Positions 51,379 through 62,069 of a stretch of DNA of 64,000 nt are shown piece by piece. The translations under genes and the position numbers were made by a program. Origin of the DNA: Frankiaceae bacterium (lineage in GTDB: Bacteria > Actinomycetota > Actinomycetes > JAFAQI01); contig JAICMI010000002.1 in the NCBI GenBank assembly GCA_025929315.1, positions 209 to 64,208 of the forward strand, given 5' to 3'. Position 1 is the stretch's first letter; each line of letters starts with the position of its first letter. The notes below the pieces were generated by a model. The model had not been told where the DNA came from. It saw nothing but the letters and a program-made list of their open reading frames with translations, and did not search any database.

Positions 51379-52611
51379 GTGCAGGTCACCGACACCGTGG
51401 AGATCACCGGGCACCTGATGGACACGGGGGTTCTCGCCAAGATCCTCGACGACGTCCTCGACTACGGCGGCGACTACACCATCGAGCGCTTTGAGGTCGG
51501 CAAGACCCACGAGGACGAGTCCTACGCCCGGATCGTCGTCCTCGCCGACAGCAACGACGACCTGCAACGGCTGCTCATGCGGCTGCAGACGCACGGTGTC
51601 AACCAGGTCGACCCGGGCAGCGCGGTGACCCGGCCCGCTCCGGCCGACGGTGTCTTTCCGGAGGACTTCTACTCGACGACCAACCTCGAGACCGTTGTCC
51701 GGCTCGACGGTGGTTGGGTGCCGGTCGAGCACCCGGAGATGGACTGTGGGCTCCTCGTCGAGGGTGCCCGGGTCCGGACCGTCCCGGTCAGTGACGTCCG
51801 TGCCGGTGAGCAGATCGTGTGCGGCGCCGGCGGCATCAAGGTCGTGCTGCCGACACGCGAGCACAAGGCACTCGGTGACGACTTCGAGTTCATGGCGTCG
51901 ACGGTGTCCAGCGAAAAGCCGCAGGCACTGCTGGTACGCCAGATCGCGGAACGCATGCGTGAGGTCAAGCACGACGGTGCGCGAGTGCTCTGGGTTGCGG
52001 GTCCCGCAGTTGTTCACACCGGCGCGTCCGCGCCGATGGCCGCACTCGTCGAGCACGGCTGGGTCGATGTGTTGTTCTCCGGCAACGCACTCGCCACCCA
52101 CGACATCGAGTCGGCGTTGTTCGGCACGTCGCTCGGAGTCGACCTCGCTCACGGCCAAGGCGTCGAACACGGTCACGAGCACCACATCCGGGCGATCAAC
52201 TCGATCCGCGCAGCCGGATCCATCGCAGCGGCTGTCGAGTCCGGTGTGCTGACCAACGGCGTCATGCACGCGATGGTCAAAGCCGGCAAGCCTTACGTGC
52301 TCGTCGGATCTGTTCGCGACGACGGCCCGCTGCCCGACGTCTACACCGATGTCATCGAAGGTCAGCGCGCCATGCGAGCGCAGCTGAGAAACGTCGGCTT
52401 CGCCATCATGGTCGCGACGATGCTGCACTCGATCGCGACCGGCAACATCCTCCCGGCATCGATTCCGCTGGTAGCCGTCGACATCAACCCCGCCACGGTG
52501 ACCAAGCTCGCCGACCGCGGCAGTGCGCAGGCGATCGGCATCGTGACCGACATCGGCTTGTTCCTCGAACAGCTTGCCTACCACCTCGTGCCCGACTACC
52601 GCCGTCCCTGA
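51379..52611 (+). CDS. TIGR00300 / LOR-SDH bifunctional-enzyme conserved domain protein (ornithine cyclodeaminase-like)
   Basis: Pattern resembles archaeal/cyanobacterial LOR/SDH-domain proteins (…VLWVAGPAVVHTGASAPMAALVEHGWVDVLFSGNALATHDIE…). Assigned from memory of the family pattern, not from a search. Confidence 0.6.
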   Translation: MQVTDTVEITGHLMDTGVLAKILDDVLDYGGDYTIERFEVGKTHEDESYARIVVLADSNDDLQRLLMRLQTHGVNQVDPGSAVTRPAPADGVFPEDFYSTTNLETVVRLDGGWVPVEHPEMDCGLLVEGARVRTVPVSDVRAGEQIVCGAGGIKVVLPTREHKALGDDFEFMASTVSSEKPQALLVRQIAERMREVKHDGARVLWVAGPAVVHTGASAPMAALVEHGWVDVLFSGNALATHDIESALFGTSLGVDLAHGQGVEHGHEHHIRAINSIRAAGSIAAAVESGVLTNGVMHAMVKAGKPYVLVGSVRDDGPLPDVYTDVIEGQRAMRAQLRNVGFAIMVATMLHSIATGNILPASIPLVAVDINPATVTKLADRGSAQAIGIVTDIGLFLEQLAYHLVPDYRRP

Positions 52612-53312
52612 CGCAAGACAGCCAAGACGGGGAGATGGTCGCTCGCCGCAGCAAGCAGCTCGCGCGTGACGCCGGGCGATGCATCTGAGGCAACGCCCTG
52701 AACCGCGTGACAGCCGACCACCTCGACAGACGGATCCGCGAAGACTGCGTCGATCCGGCGCCGGGGTTGCCGCGCGCGGAAGGTGTCCGCAGGGCCGTCC
52801 GGCGCGACTGCATATGCGTCCTGCAGACGTGCGGCGAGCGACTGCCACACCGGTTTGTCCGGCTCCTCGTTGATGTCGCCGGCGACGACAAGCGGAGCCG
52901 AGACGCCCTCGACAGCGGCCCACAACGGCGCGAGATGCCGCTGCCGTTCATCGGCGTCCAACGAGAAGTGAACTGAGGCGACCGCCCAGCGGCTGCCCCG
53001 CAGCTCGAGCTCGGCGACGGTCACCGCACGCTGATGCAGGTCCCGCGACTTGGGCAACGTGGCGACCCGGGTCGAGAGGACTTTGGCGGCCAGCGATGTC
53101 ATCACCATGAGACCGCCGGGCCGGTCGGCGGTCGCAACGACGAGGCCGGACTTTCGCGCGAGGGCGGCGCGTTGCGACCGCCAGCGCAACTTTCGCGGCG
53201 CCTCTTGCACGGCGACGACATCCGGCTGGCAGGCACGAATCACCGCAGCCACGGCATCAGCGTCGTCACGCAACGACCGGACGTTGTAGGTCAGCAGCCG
53301 CAGCTCAGCCAT
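52596..53312 (-). CDS. Endonuclease/exonuclease/phosphatase (EEP) family protein
   Basis: MAELRLLTYNVRSL...VVAVQEA...VAGDINEEPD...SDHLPV EEP motifs. ATG 53310-53312. Confidence 0.75.
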   Translation of the reverse strand: MAELRLLTYNVRSLRDDADAVAAVIRACQPDVVAVQEAPRKLRWRSQRAALARKSGLVVATADRPGGLMVMTSLAAKVLSTRVATLPKSRDLHQRAVTVAELELRGSRWAVASVHFSLDADERQRHLAPLWAAVEGVSAPLVVAGDINEEPDKPVWQSLAARLQDAYAVAPDGPADTFRARQPRRRIDAVFADPSVEVVGCHAVQGVASDASPGVTRELLAAASDHLPVLAVLRQGRR

Positions 53313-54255
53313 CGACTGCACCGTCTCCGCCGATCGTCGTACCCGCGTCCGCGAAGACCGCATCGACGACGCGACCGAGCGACGTGACGACCGCGCGCGC
53401 GCCACTTGCTCTTACGAAGTCCAGGCAAGCTTCGATCTTCGGGCCCATCGATCCTTCGGGGAACTCGCCGGCCGCGAGCAGCTCAGTCGCCTCTGCTTCA
53501 GTGAGTCGGTCCAGGGCACGCTGCTGCGAAGTGCCGAAGCCGGCGTAGACCTTGTCGACCGTGGTCAGGATCAAGAGCAGATCAGCGCGGACCAGCGTCG
53601 CGAGCCGCGCAGCCGTCAGGTCCTTGTCGACGACCGCCTCGACCCCCCGCAGCTCGCGACGATGTTCGACGACGGGCACTCCCCCACCGCCTGCAGCGAC
53701 GACGACGTGACCGGCCTCGATCACCTGAAGCAGCGGGACCTCCTCGACGAAGCGCACCGGCTTGGGTGACGGGACGACACGACGCCACAACTTGTCGGGC
53801 TGGATGGTGAAGACGTAGCCGGTTTCGTGGGCGATGCGCTGCGCCTCTGGCCGGGGGTAGGACGGTCCGACCGGTTTGGTCGGCCGCCGAAAGGCCGGGT
53901 CGCGACCGTCCACCACGACCTGCGTGACGAGGCAAAGGGCGCGGGTGTCGAGGCCCCGGCGCCGCAGCGCGCTGTCAAGCGCCTGCACGAGCAGGTAGCC
54001 GATCTGGCCCTGGCTCTCGGCGCCGCAGACATCCATCGGCATCGGCGGTACGTGGTCCGCGGCGTACTCCTGCTGCAGCAGGATCCGACCGACCTGCGGT
54101 CCGTTGCCGTGCGAGATGACGAGCTCGACACCGCGACCGACGAGATCGGCGAGTGGCTCCGCGGTCTTGCGCAAAGCAGCGCGCATCTCTGCCACGGTGC
54201 CGGCAGCACCGGGCGGACTCAATGCATTGCCGCCGAGCGCGACGACCGCCCGCAT
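53305..54255 (-). CDS. arcC: Carbamate kinase
   Basis: MRAVVALGGNAL...VISHGNGPQVG... amino-acid kinase family, carbamate kinase signature. Confidence 0.85.
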   Translation of the reverse strand: MRAVVALGGNALSPPGAAGTVAEMRAALRKTAEPLADLVGRGVELVISHGNGPQVGRILLQQEYAADHVPPMPMDVCGAESQGQIGYLLVQALDSALRRRGLDTRALCLVTQVVVDGRDPAFRRPTKPVGPSYPRPEAQRIAHETGYVFTIQPDKLWRRVVPSPKPVRFVEEVPLLQVIEAGHVVVAAGGGGVPVVEHRRELRGVEAVVDKDLTAARLATLVRADLLLILTTVDKVYAGFGTSQQRALDRLTEAEATELLAAGEFPEGSMGPKIEACLDFVRASGARAVVTSLGRVVDAVFADAGTTIGGDGAVDG

Positions 54256-55193
54256 CAGCGCAGCCGGGCGAGATCCGCCGCGCCGATGAGACCTGCTTCG
54301 GCGCCCAGGCGGGCACCGACGATCGCCGCCATCGGCCGATGACCGCGACCGGTCAGGGCGGACGCGTAGGTCTCCCGCGCCGGACCGAGCAGGAGGTCGC
54401 CCGCGTCGGAGACACCGCCGCCGACGACGAACCTGCCCGGGTCGAGCACCGCGGCGAGGTCAGCCATGCCCTGCCCCAACCAGCGTCCGATCTCAGTGAA
54501 GCAGTCAACCGCCGCAGGATCACCCTCCTGAGCCGCCCGGGTCACGACTGGACCATCGATCGACTCGACCCCTTCCGCCATCTCGAGCAACCTGCGCGCG
54601 TCATCGGGTCGTTCGGTGGCGATCTCCTGGGCGGCGCGGACGAGAGCGGTGCCGCTGCAGTACTGCTCCCAGCACCCGAGGTTGCCGCAGCCGCATTGAC
54701 GACCACCAGGTACGACGCGGACGTGCCCGGGCTCACCTGCGATGCCGAAGCCCCCCCGATAGAGCTCGCCACCAAGGATGAGACCCGCGCCGATGCCGGT
54801 GCCGATGGTGAGCACGACGACGTGCGGATGTTGCTCGCCCGCGCCGAAACGGAACTCCCCCCAGGCTGCAGCGTTCGCGTCGTTCTCGACGACCACCGGG
54901 ATGTCGACGCGAGCAGCGATCTCGTCCCGTAGCGGCGTGTTGCGCCACGCCAGGTTGGGCGCGAACAGGACCGTCCTGCGCTCGACGTCGACGAAACCCG
55001 CGGCGCCGACGCCGACGGCTGAGACTTCGTGCTCGCTCAACAGCTGACGCACGATCTCCGTGACGATGTCGACGAGATGCTCCGGGTCCCGGCTCGGCGT
55101 ACGCCGACGCGCACGCGCCAGGACGTTGCCGGCTTCGTCGACCACACCCGCGGCGACCTTTGTGCCGCCGATGTCGATGCCGATCGTGTTCAC
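54255..55193 (-). CDS. glk: ROK family glucokinase
   Basis: IGIDIGGTKV...ENDANAAAWGE... and CGCGNLGCWEQYCSG zinc motif. Confidence 0.85.
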   Translation of the reverse strand: MNTIGIDIGGTKVAAGVVDEAGNVLARARRRTPSRDPEHLVDIVTEIVRQLLSEHEVSAVGVGAAGFVDVERRTVLFAPNLAWRNTPLRDEIAARVDIPVVVENDANAAAWGEFRFGAGEQHPHVVVLTIGTGIGAGLILGGELYRGGFGIAGEPGHVRVVPGGRQCGCGNLGCWEQYCSGTALVRAAQEIATERPDDARRLLEMAEGVESIDGPVVTRAAQEGDPAAVDCFTEIGRWLGQGMADLAAVLDPGRFVVGGGVSDAGDLLLGPARETYASALTGRGHRPMAAIVGARLGAEAGLIGAADLARLR

Positions 55194-55513
55194 GGCGAGA
55201 CATCCGCGAAACCGTCGTCGTCCAGGTCGATGCGCTCCATGCCGCCATGCGCCGGGTGGGGCGGGTGCGCGTCAACCACCGAACGAAGAGCTGCGGTCAA
55301 CGCAGCGGATGCATCGAGTAGATGGGCGAACGTCTCCGGCTTGGCTTGGCGCACCACCGACAGCAACTGGCAGAACGGGCACAGCGCGCACTCGGCTGAG
55401 GTGCCGGCCGAAGCAGCGGTTGGACCCAAGCGCCCACGCGCCCACTCCGAAAGAGCCTCGATGAGCCTGGTTGCCTCTTCCGACAACGGACCGATGTCAT
55501 GTGGTGCGGTCAT
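55190..55513 (-). CDS. Small conserved Cys-motif protein (CALCPFCQ) adjacent to ArsA-like ATPase
   Basis: MTAPHDIGPLSEEATRLIEAL...ECALCPFCQLL. ATGA overlap with the ArsA stop. Confidence 0.5.
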   Translation of the reverse strand: MTAPHDIGPLSEEATRLIEALSEWARGRLGPTAASAGTSAECALCPFCQLLSVVRQAKPETFAHLLDASAALTAALRSVVDAHPPHPAHGGMERIDLDDDGFADVSP

Positions 55514-56703
55514 GTGCGCATCCAAAGATCCGGATCGGGCCGGAAGCGCACGCGCAACCGCCCGTCCCGCAGCCCGGCACCATCAACGACGCATCTGGTT
55601 AGCGCGCTCGGCAGCGCGATCAGGCGACGGTGCGACCCAACCGTGAGGACCAGTTCGTCACCCTTCCGAACGAGGTCGATCTCGCGCTTGTCGGCCAGCG
55701 GCAAGGCGACACTGAGCACGAACTCGTCGGCGGAAAGCCGTTCGACCGTCATGGGTTCAGGCGTCTCGCCAACAGCCAACGGATCGTCGTCGCCATAGAC
55801 CTCTCGGGCGAGCTCGCCGAGCGCTGTCAGCCCCACCGGCTCGGTCGGCAGGTAGGGCGAGCGCCACAAGGGCAGCGGTCCGAAGGAGGCAGCGATGCCG
55901 GCGAGCTGTTCCTCCTGGGCGGCCACCCATCGGGCGACGAACTCGTCGTCACGAGGCGGGAAGACGCGGTTGGCGACAACGCCGTCGACGCGATAGCCGT
56001 GCATCGCCAGCGAGGTGAACGTCCGTCGTGCCTCAGCAACAACGACGGCTTCGGGAGTCAGGACCAACCGCACCGAAGTGACAGCCGGGTCGATGAGCAA
56101 GCGGCGTACTTCAGCGAGCTCGCTGTGCAACCGCTCGACCGCACCGAACACGCGATCGGGCGGCATCGGTACGCCGGCGAGGTGCGACAGCACCGGGCGC
56201 AATGAGCGCACCACCCGTCGTTCCACCGGGAAGACGCGGTCCATGTACCAGTTGAGCGCTTCCGGCAACGACAGCAGACGCAACGTCTCCGCCGTCGGCG
56301 CGCAGTCGACCACGACGACGTCCCAACGTCCCACCTGACGACGCAGCTCGAGAAGAGCGAGCACCTCCTCGGCGCCGGGCAGCACCGTGAGCTCCTCGGC
56401 CTCGATCGGATCGACGCCGCCCGCCTCGAGCACCTCGCGCAGGTAGTGCTGGACCTCACGCCAGGACGCCTCGAAGGCACGCTGGGTGTCGACCTGTTGT
56501 CCGTAGAGGCTGCCGACGGCACCCCCGCCGATCTCGGTCGGCTCGTCGCCGAGGGCGACTCCGAACGCATCCGCGAGCGAGTGCGCCGGGTCCGTCGAGA
56601 GCACGAGCGTCTTGTGGCCGCGCAGGGCGGCGAGCGTGGCTGTCGCGGCGGAGGTGGTCGTCTTGCCGACCCCGCCCTTGCCCGTGAACAGCAGAACACG
56701 CAC
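55510..56703 (-). CDS. ArsA-family ATPase (anion-transporting ATPase-like)
   Basis: Deviant Walker A FTGKGGVGKTTTSAA and the ArsA signature region. Confidence 0.85.
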   Translation of the reverse strand: MRVLLFTGKGGVGKTTTSAATATLAALRGHKTLVLSTDPAHSLADAFGVALGDEPTEIGGGAVGSLYGQQVDTQRAFEASWREVQHYLREVLEAGGVDPIEAEELTVLPGAEEVLALLELRRQVGRWDVVVVDCAPTAETLRLLSLPEALNWYMDRVFPVERRVVRSLRPVLSHLAGVPMPPDRVFGAVERLHSELAEVRRLLIDPAVTSVRLVLTPEAVVVAEARRTFTSLAMHGYRVDGVVANRVFPPRDDEFVARWVAAQEEQLAGIAASFGPLPLWRSPYLPTEPVGLTALGELAREVYGDDDPLAVGETPEPMTVERLSADEFVLSVALPLADKREIDLVRKGDELVLTVGSHRRLIALPSALTRCVVDGAGLRDGRLRVRFRPDPDLWMRT

Positions 56704-56721
56704 TCCGGAAGGCTACAGACG

Positions 56722-57153
56722 TCAGCCTTCGACGCGCTTCTTCAAGCCCTTCAGCGCCGTGTCGATGATGACCTTCTCGGCCTTGCGCTTGAACATGCCG
56801 AGCATCGGAATCGTCAGGTCGACGGCAAGGCGGTAAGTGACCAGCGTGCCGCCGCCGGCGTCCTCAAGGACATAAGAGCCTTCCTGGCTCTTGAGGGCCT
56901 TGCCCTTGACCAGATGCCAGTCGACCCGGTCGTCGCCCTGCCAGTCATAGGCGAGGGAGTATTCGTCCTTGAGCACTCCGGCATCGAGCACGAACGACAC
57001 CTGCTTGGCGCGGCCGTCGGGTCCGGTCTCGTCGACCGTCACGGTGCGGATCATCGACGCCCATTCCGGATAGGACTCGAAGTCGGCGATCACCGCCATC
57101 ACCGACGCCTTGTTCGCGTTGACCGTTATCGACGAGCTCGCCTGGTCCGCCAT
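56722..57153 (-). CDS. SRPBCC (START/polyketide cyclase-dehydrase-like) family protein
   Basis: MADQASSSITVNANKASVMAVIADFESYPEWA... Bet v1-like fold signature. Confidence 0.7.
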   Translation of the reverse strand: MADQASSSITVNANKASVMAVIADFESYPEWASMIRTVTVDETGPDGRAKQVSFVLDAGVLKDEYSLAYDWQGDDRVDWHLVKGKALKSQEGSYVLEDAGGGTLVTYRLAVDLTIPMLGMFKRKAEKVIIDTALKGLKKRVEG

Positions 57154-57167
57154 GAGCGCAGACCCTA

Positions 57168-57938
57168 TTACCACTCCAGCACGTAGGGGGTCCCGCGCCC
57201 GCGGAAGTGCCCGACGTTGACGCACTCGGTCTTACCGATGCGGGTACGACGGGCGAGTGGGTTGTGCACGTGCCCGAAGAGCACTACGTCCGGCTGGGTG
57301 TCCCGAATGGCATCGAGCAGCGCGCTGCTTCCGCGTTCCAGCCGGCGCGCCTCGACGTCATAGACGAGCTGCGGGAGGTTCGGCGGTATGTGCGCGCACA
57401 GCACGTCGACAGCGCCCACGGCCGCCACCTTTGCGGCGTAGTCCTCATCGGAGATCTCGTACGGCGTCCTCATCGGCGTTCGCAACCCGCCGCCGACGAA
57501 GCCGAAGGTCCGGCCACCGATGGTGGTGGTCTGCCCGTCCAGGACAGTGATGCCTTCGCGTACGTAGTCGTCGTACAGGTGCGGGACGTCGACGTTGCCG
57601 TAGGTCACGTAGGCGGGCGTCGGCATGGCCATGAACAGGTCGGCGTACTGCTGGCGGATCGCCCGCTCGATGTGGTCACGGGGCGTGCCCGCACCGAGAC
57701 CGGCCCAAAGGCCGCCGGAGAACTCCCGCGCCTCGTCGAACCGGCGTTGGGTGCGCAGCTCGATCAGGCGGACCGCCGCAGCTTCACCGAACATGTCGGC
57801 GAAGATGCCGCCACCCGGCTCGTCGTAGTCGAGGAAGAGGACCAGGTCGCCGAGACAGATCAGCGCATCGGCGCCGTCGCCCGCTTTGGCCAGTGCGTCA
57901 GCGCGCGCGTGGACGTCAGAAACCACGTGCACGCGCAT
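57168..57938 (-). CDS. Metallophosphoesterase
   Basis: MRVHVVSDVHA...ICLGDLV...GNVD...GHVH calcineurin-like motifs. Confidence 0.75.
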   Translation of the reverse strand: MRVHVVSDVHARADALAKAGDGADALICLGDLVLFLDYDEPGGGIFADMFGEAAAVRLIELRTQRRFDEAREFSGGLWAGLGAGTPRDHIERAIRQQYADLFMAMPTPAYVTYGNVDVPHLYDDYVREGITVLDGQTTTIGGRTFGFVGGGLRTPMRTPYEISDEDYAAKVAAVGAVDVLCAHIPPNLPQLVYDVEARRLERGSSALLDAIRDTQPDVVLFGHVHNPLARRTRIGKTECVNVGHFRGRGTPYVLEW

Positions 57939-58006
57939 CAGAGGAAGGTACCCGCGGAGCGGCTTCCGCCTATGGGCGGTGGGAGGGGACGCGGACGTAC
58001 GTCAGG

Positions 58007-58534
58007 TCAGAACAGGTGCCCCAGAACCAGGGCGACGAGGAAGAGCAGCACGGTCACCACGACGGCACCGGCGGTGATGACACCGAACCGGCCGCCGGAC
58101 GACATCGAGGCGAGGTCACCGACGCCGGGCACACGCAGGGACACGGTGGGGCCGACCCCGCCCATGAAGCCGGTTCCGCAGCTGGGGCAGCTCATCTCTT
58201 CGAGCGAAACCCGCTCGCCACAGCCGGTGCAGGGCCAGGAGGGTGCGACGAGAGGCTCGGCCAGGGCGGTCGCAGTGGCAACCGGCGCCGGTGGAGCGGC
58301 ACAAGGAGCCGAGGGTGGAGCGCTCGGCAGAGGCTCGGACACGCTGAGCGCCGGTGGAGGTGGCGGCGCAGCAGCGGGCTCCTGAGCAGGCTCAGATCCC
58401 AGCCGGGCGAAGCAGAGCGTGCACCACGCGGCGTCAGCCGGAACCGCGGCGTCACACGTTGGGCATCGCACAGTCGTCACGAAACCTCTTTCGGCAGGTC
58501 CCCGGGTGTCCTGAAATTCCACCGGCCTTATCAA
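58007..58534 (-). CDS. Hypothetical zinc-ribbon (2x CxxC pairs) membrane protein with Pro/Ala-rich linker
   Basis: CPTCDAAV...CTLCFARL and CTGCGERV...CPSCGTGF, plus a C-terminal TM helix. Start uncertain. Confidence 0.45.
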   Translation of the reverse strand: MIRPVEFQDTRGPAERGFVTTVRCPTCDAAVPADAAWCTLCFARLGSEPAQEPAAAPPPPPALSVSEPLPSAPPSAPCAAPPAPVATATALAEPLVAPSWPCTGCGERVSLEEMSCPSCGTGFMGGVGPTVSLRVPGVGDLASMSSGGRFGVITAGAVVVTVLLFLVALVLGHLF

Positions 58535-58590
58535 TGACCGTCCGGCTGACTACCGTTGGAGACGACAACCCGAGTCTCAGGGGGACCAGC

Positions 58591-60390
58591 GTGGCCGAAT
58601 TCTCCGTCCCGGCGAACTTCGAGGTGCCGCAGGACGCGAACCTCACCGACGCGGTGTTCGGCAACGCGTCCGACTACCCAGACAACGTCTCTTTCGACCG
58701 CAAGGTCGACGGCGAGTGGCAGCCGGTGACCGCCAAGCACTTCGCCGAAGAGGTCAAGGCACTGGCAGCGGGGCTCATCGCGGCGGGGGTGCAATCCGGC
58801 GACCGGGTCGGGTTGATGTCCGCGACCCGCTACGAGTGGACGTTGATCGACTACGCAATCTGGACCGCCGGCGCCGTCACCGTTCCCATCTACGAGACAT
58901 CCTCCGCCGAACAGGTCGAGTGGATCCTGAGCGACTCGGGCGCGGTGGCGTTCTTCTACGAGACCGACAAGCACAAGGCGGCCTACGACGGCCTCGAGGT
59001 CGCGAGCGTCAAGAACGCGTGGCAGATCAGCGACAAGACGCTCGAAACGCTCACCGCCGACGGCAAGGGCGTCAGCGAGGACGAGATCGAGCAGCGTCGG
59101 CGCACTCTCACACGCGAAAGCCTCGCGACGATCATCTACACGTCGGGCACGACCGGTCGCCCCAAGGGTTGTGAGCTGACCCACCGCAACTTCATCTACG
59201 ACGCAACCGCAACGACCGAAGGACTCGACGAGCTGTTCGGGCCCGACCAGTCGACGCTGCTGTTCCTGCCGCTCGCGCACGTGTTTGCGCGCATCATCCA
59301 GGTCGGCTGCGTGCAGAACCGGGTGCGCATGGGACACACGGCCGACATCAAGAACCTGATGGCCGACCTCGCCATCTTCAAACCGACTTTCATCTTGTCC
59401 GTGCCACGCGTGTTCGAGAAGGTCTACAACACCGCCAAACAGCGCGCGCACGCCGACGGCAAGGGCGCGATCTTCGACCTTGCTGAGAGGGTCGCGATCG
59501 GCTACAGCCAGGCGCAGGACGCCAGCCCGGCGCTGCGCCTCGCGCTCGAGGTGCCGCACCGCGCCTTCGATGCCTTGGTCTACTCCAAGCTCCGCGCCGC
59601 GCTCGGTGGCCGCGCACACTCCGCCATCAGCGGTGGTGCGCCGTTGGGCGCGCGCCTCGGCCACTTCTTCCGCGGCATCGGCCTCCCGATCTACGAGGGT
59701 TACGGCCTCACCGAGACGACAGCCGGTGCGACGTGCAACCGTCCCGGCGCCATGAAGGTCGGCACGGTCGGCCGGCCCATCCCTGGCGTCAGCATCAAGA
59801 TCGCCGACGACGGCGAGATCCTCATGAAGGGCGACAACGTCTTCACCGGCTACTACAAGAACGCCGACGCCACCAAGGAAGCGCTGGAGAACGGCTGGTT
59901 CCACACCGGCGACATCGGTGAGCTCGACAAAGACGGTTACCTGCGCATCACCGGCCGCAAGAAAGAGCTCATCGTCACCGCAGGCGGCAAGAACGTCGCG
60001 CCGGCAGTGCTCGAAGACCGGATCCGCGCCAACGCGCTGATCAGCCAGTGCATGGTCGTCGGTGACCAGAAGCCATTCATCGCATGTCTCGTCACCATCG
60101 ACGAGGAGGCGTTCCCGGACTGGAAAGCCAAGAACAACAAACCCGAGGACGCCACCGTCGCCGACCTCGTGGACGACGCCGACCTGCGCGCGGCGGTGCA
60201 GGCGGCGATCGACGAGGCCAACAAGGCGGTCTCGCACGCCGAGGCGATCAAGGAGTTCCGCATCCTGCCGGAGGACTGGTCGGTCGAGAGCGGGCACCTG
60301 ACACCGTCGCTCAAGGTCAAGCGCAACGTCGTACTGGCTGACCACAAGCCCGACGTCGACGCGCTTTACGCGAAACCCAAATCGGGGTGA
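58591..60390 (+). CDS. fadD15: Long-chain-fatty-acid--CoA ligase (FadD15-like)
   Basis: GTG 58591 with AGGGGGA 7 nt upstream gives VAEFSVPANFEV.., matching the Mtb FadD15 N-terminus. AMP-binding motif IIYTSGTTGRPKGCELTH. Confidence 0.85.
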   Translation: MAEFSVPANFEVPQDANLTDAVFGNASDYPDNVSFDRKVDGEWQPVTAKHFAEEVKALAAGLIAAGVQSGDRVGLMSATRYEWTLIDYAIWTAGAVTVPIYETSSAEQVEWILSDSGAVAFFYETDKHKAAYDGLEVASVKNAWQISDKTLETLTADGKGVSEDEIEQRRRTLTRESLATIIYTSGTTGRPKGCELTHRNFIYDATATTEGLDELFGPDQSTLLFLPLAHVFARIIQVGCVQNRVRMGHTADIKNLMADLAIFKPTFILSVPRVFEKVYNTAKQRAHADGKGAIFDLAERVAIGYSQAQDASPALRLALEVPHRAFDALVYSKLRAALGGRAHSAISGGAPLGARLGHFFRGIGLPIYEGYGLTETTAGATCNRPGAMKVGTVGRPIPGVSIKIADDGEILMKGDNVFTGYYKNADATKEALENGWFHTGDIGELDKDGYLRITGRKKELIVTAGGKNVAPAVLEDRIRANALISQCMVVGDQKPFIACLVTIDEEAFPDWKAKNNKPEDATVADLVDDADLRAAVQAAIDEANKAVSHAEAIKEFRILPEDWSVESGHLTPSLKVKRNVVLADHKPDVDALYAKPKSG

Positions 60391-62069
60391 GGACAGGGGT
60401 GCGGCTCCCGAGGCTCACCCGTCCGATCGATCCTTCACCCCAGACGTGGGAATCAGAGCGGGTCGCCAACATCGTTCGCGCGCTGATGCTCGTCCTGTGC
60501 GGGCTGCTCGCCGCACTCGACTCCGACCGGCATCAGGCGCTGTCCTGGTTGCCCTTGCTCGTCGCCGCCGCCACCATCGGCGCCGTCCGCCAGCAGCCGC
60601 GCCTCGCCGGCCGGATCGGCCGCATCGTCGAGGCGCTCGCATGTGCTGCCGCCGTCGTCGGCACCGATGACCCGACCAGCCCCCTGCTCCCCTATCTGAT
60701 CGCGCCGGCCTTCGCCGGCGGTCTGCTCGCCGGCGTCACCGGCGCGTTCACCTCGCCCGGCTTCGCTGCGTTGGTGCTGATCAGTGCACTGCCGTTCGTC
60801 GACGAGCCCACCCACGACTGGGGGGTCTCGATCGCCGAGTGGGTTCTGCTAGCCGTCGCGGTCGGCCTGCTCGCGGCATGGATCCGGCGACTCCTCCTAT
60901 CGGGCGAACCTCGGCCGCAGATCAGCGACAGCTCCTACGCCGCGGCCTATCGACTGCTCTCACAGCTGAGACCAGTGGCCCGGCAGCTGTCCGTCGGCCT
61001 CGACCCCGGCACGATCGCGCAGAGCCTGCTCCAGTCGCTCAAGGACGTGCACGACTTCGAACGCGGCGCCGTCTATGTGCGCACCGGCGCCGGCCGACTG
61101 GTCCCCCTCGCGTTCATCGGTTCGTCACGCATCGACTGGGAAGTCGACGTCGCCGGGGACGGCCCCTTCGCCGAGGCCTGGCTGAGCCAACGACCGCAAC
61201 GGCTGACGCGTCAGCTCTCGGGTCCGCCGGGCAGCGCGCTCGTCATCCCGCTCGTCATCGGGCTGCGTACCTTCGGGCTTGTCGGATTCGAGACCGTGCG
61301 GCGAACCCTCGGGCCGCATGACGCAGAGCAAGCAGCTCGGTTGGCCGAGGACAGCGCGTTGCGGCTGGAGACGGCGCTGCTGTTCGACGACGTGCGCGGG
61401 TTGGCTACCGCGGAGGAACGACGCCGGGTGGCGCGCGAGATCCATGACGGAATCGCGCAGGAGCTGTCCTATCTCGGCTATTTCGTCGACGGCCTGGCTG
61501 CCGAGTCACGCGGGGTCAACGACTCCATGGAGCAGCAGCTTCTGCAGCTTCGCAGCGAGATCACGCGCATCGTCAGCGAGCTGCGCATGTCCATCTTCGA
61601 CTTGCGCAGCGAGGTCGACGTGCACGGCGGCCTCGGCGCCGCGCTGTCGGAGTACGTGCGGTCAGTGGGCCGCCAGTCCGGGCTCACCGTCCACACTTCG
61701 CTCGCCGAAACTCCCAATCGCTTACCGGCAGAGACCGAGGCCGAGCTGCTGCGTATCGCGCAGGAAGCGATCACCAACGCCCGCAAGCACGCGGAGGCGG
61801 AGAACCTCTGGGTGTCACTGTCCGTGGATCCACCCGGTGCGGTGCTGCGCATCGAGGACGACGGCCGCGGGCTCGGAAAAGCCCGCGCTGACAGCTACGG
61901 CATCCAGATCATGCGGGAACGAGCAAAGCGCTTGCGCACCACTGTCGACGTGCTGCCGCGAGAGCCACGCGGGACTGTCGTAGAAGTGAGGCTCGGCGAC
62001 GACACGGCTAGGCTGGCCGGGTCGGACGACGCCATCGACGCTCGGGTTGAGGAGTCCCAACGGCAATGA
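60387..62069 (+). CDS. Sensor histidine kinase (GAF + HisKA_3 + HATPase), NarL-type
   Basis: N-terminal TM helices, a GAF-like region, H-box EERRRVAREIHDGIAQELSYL, and an ATPase domain. GTGA overlap with the fadD stop. Confidence 0.8.
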   Translation: MRTGVRLPRLTRPIDPSPQTWESERVANIVRALMLVLCGLLAALDSDRHQALSWLPLLVAAATIGAVRQQPRLAGRIGRIVEALACAAAVVGTDDPTSPLLPYLIAPAFAGGLLAGVTGAFTSPGFAALVLISALPFVDEPTHDWGVSIAEWVLLAVAVGLLAAWIRRLLLSGEPRPQISDSSYAAAYRLLSQLRPVARQLSVGLDPGTIAQSLLQSLKDVHDFERGAVYVRTGAGRLVPLAFIGSSRIDWEVDVAGDGPFAEAWLSQRPQRLTRQLSGPPGSALVIPLVIGLRTFGLVGFETVRRTLGPHDAEQAARLAEDSALRLETALLFDDVRGLATAEERRRVAREIHDGIAQELSYLGYFVDGLAAESRGVNDSMEQQLLQLRSEITRIVSELRMSIFDLRSEVDVHGGLGAALSEYVRSVGRQSGLTVHTSLAETPNRLPAETEAELLRIAQEAITNARKHAEAENLWVSLSVDPPGAVLRIEDDGRGLGKARADSYGIQIMRERAKRLRTTVDVLPREPRGTVVEVRLGDDTARLAGSDDAIDARVEESQRQ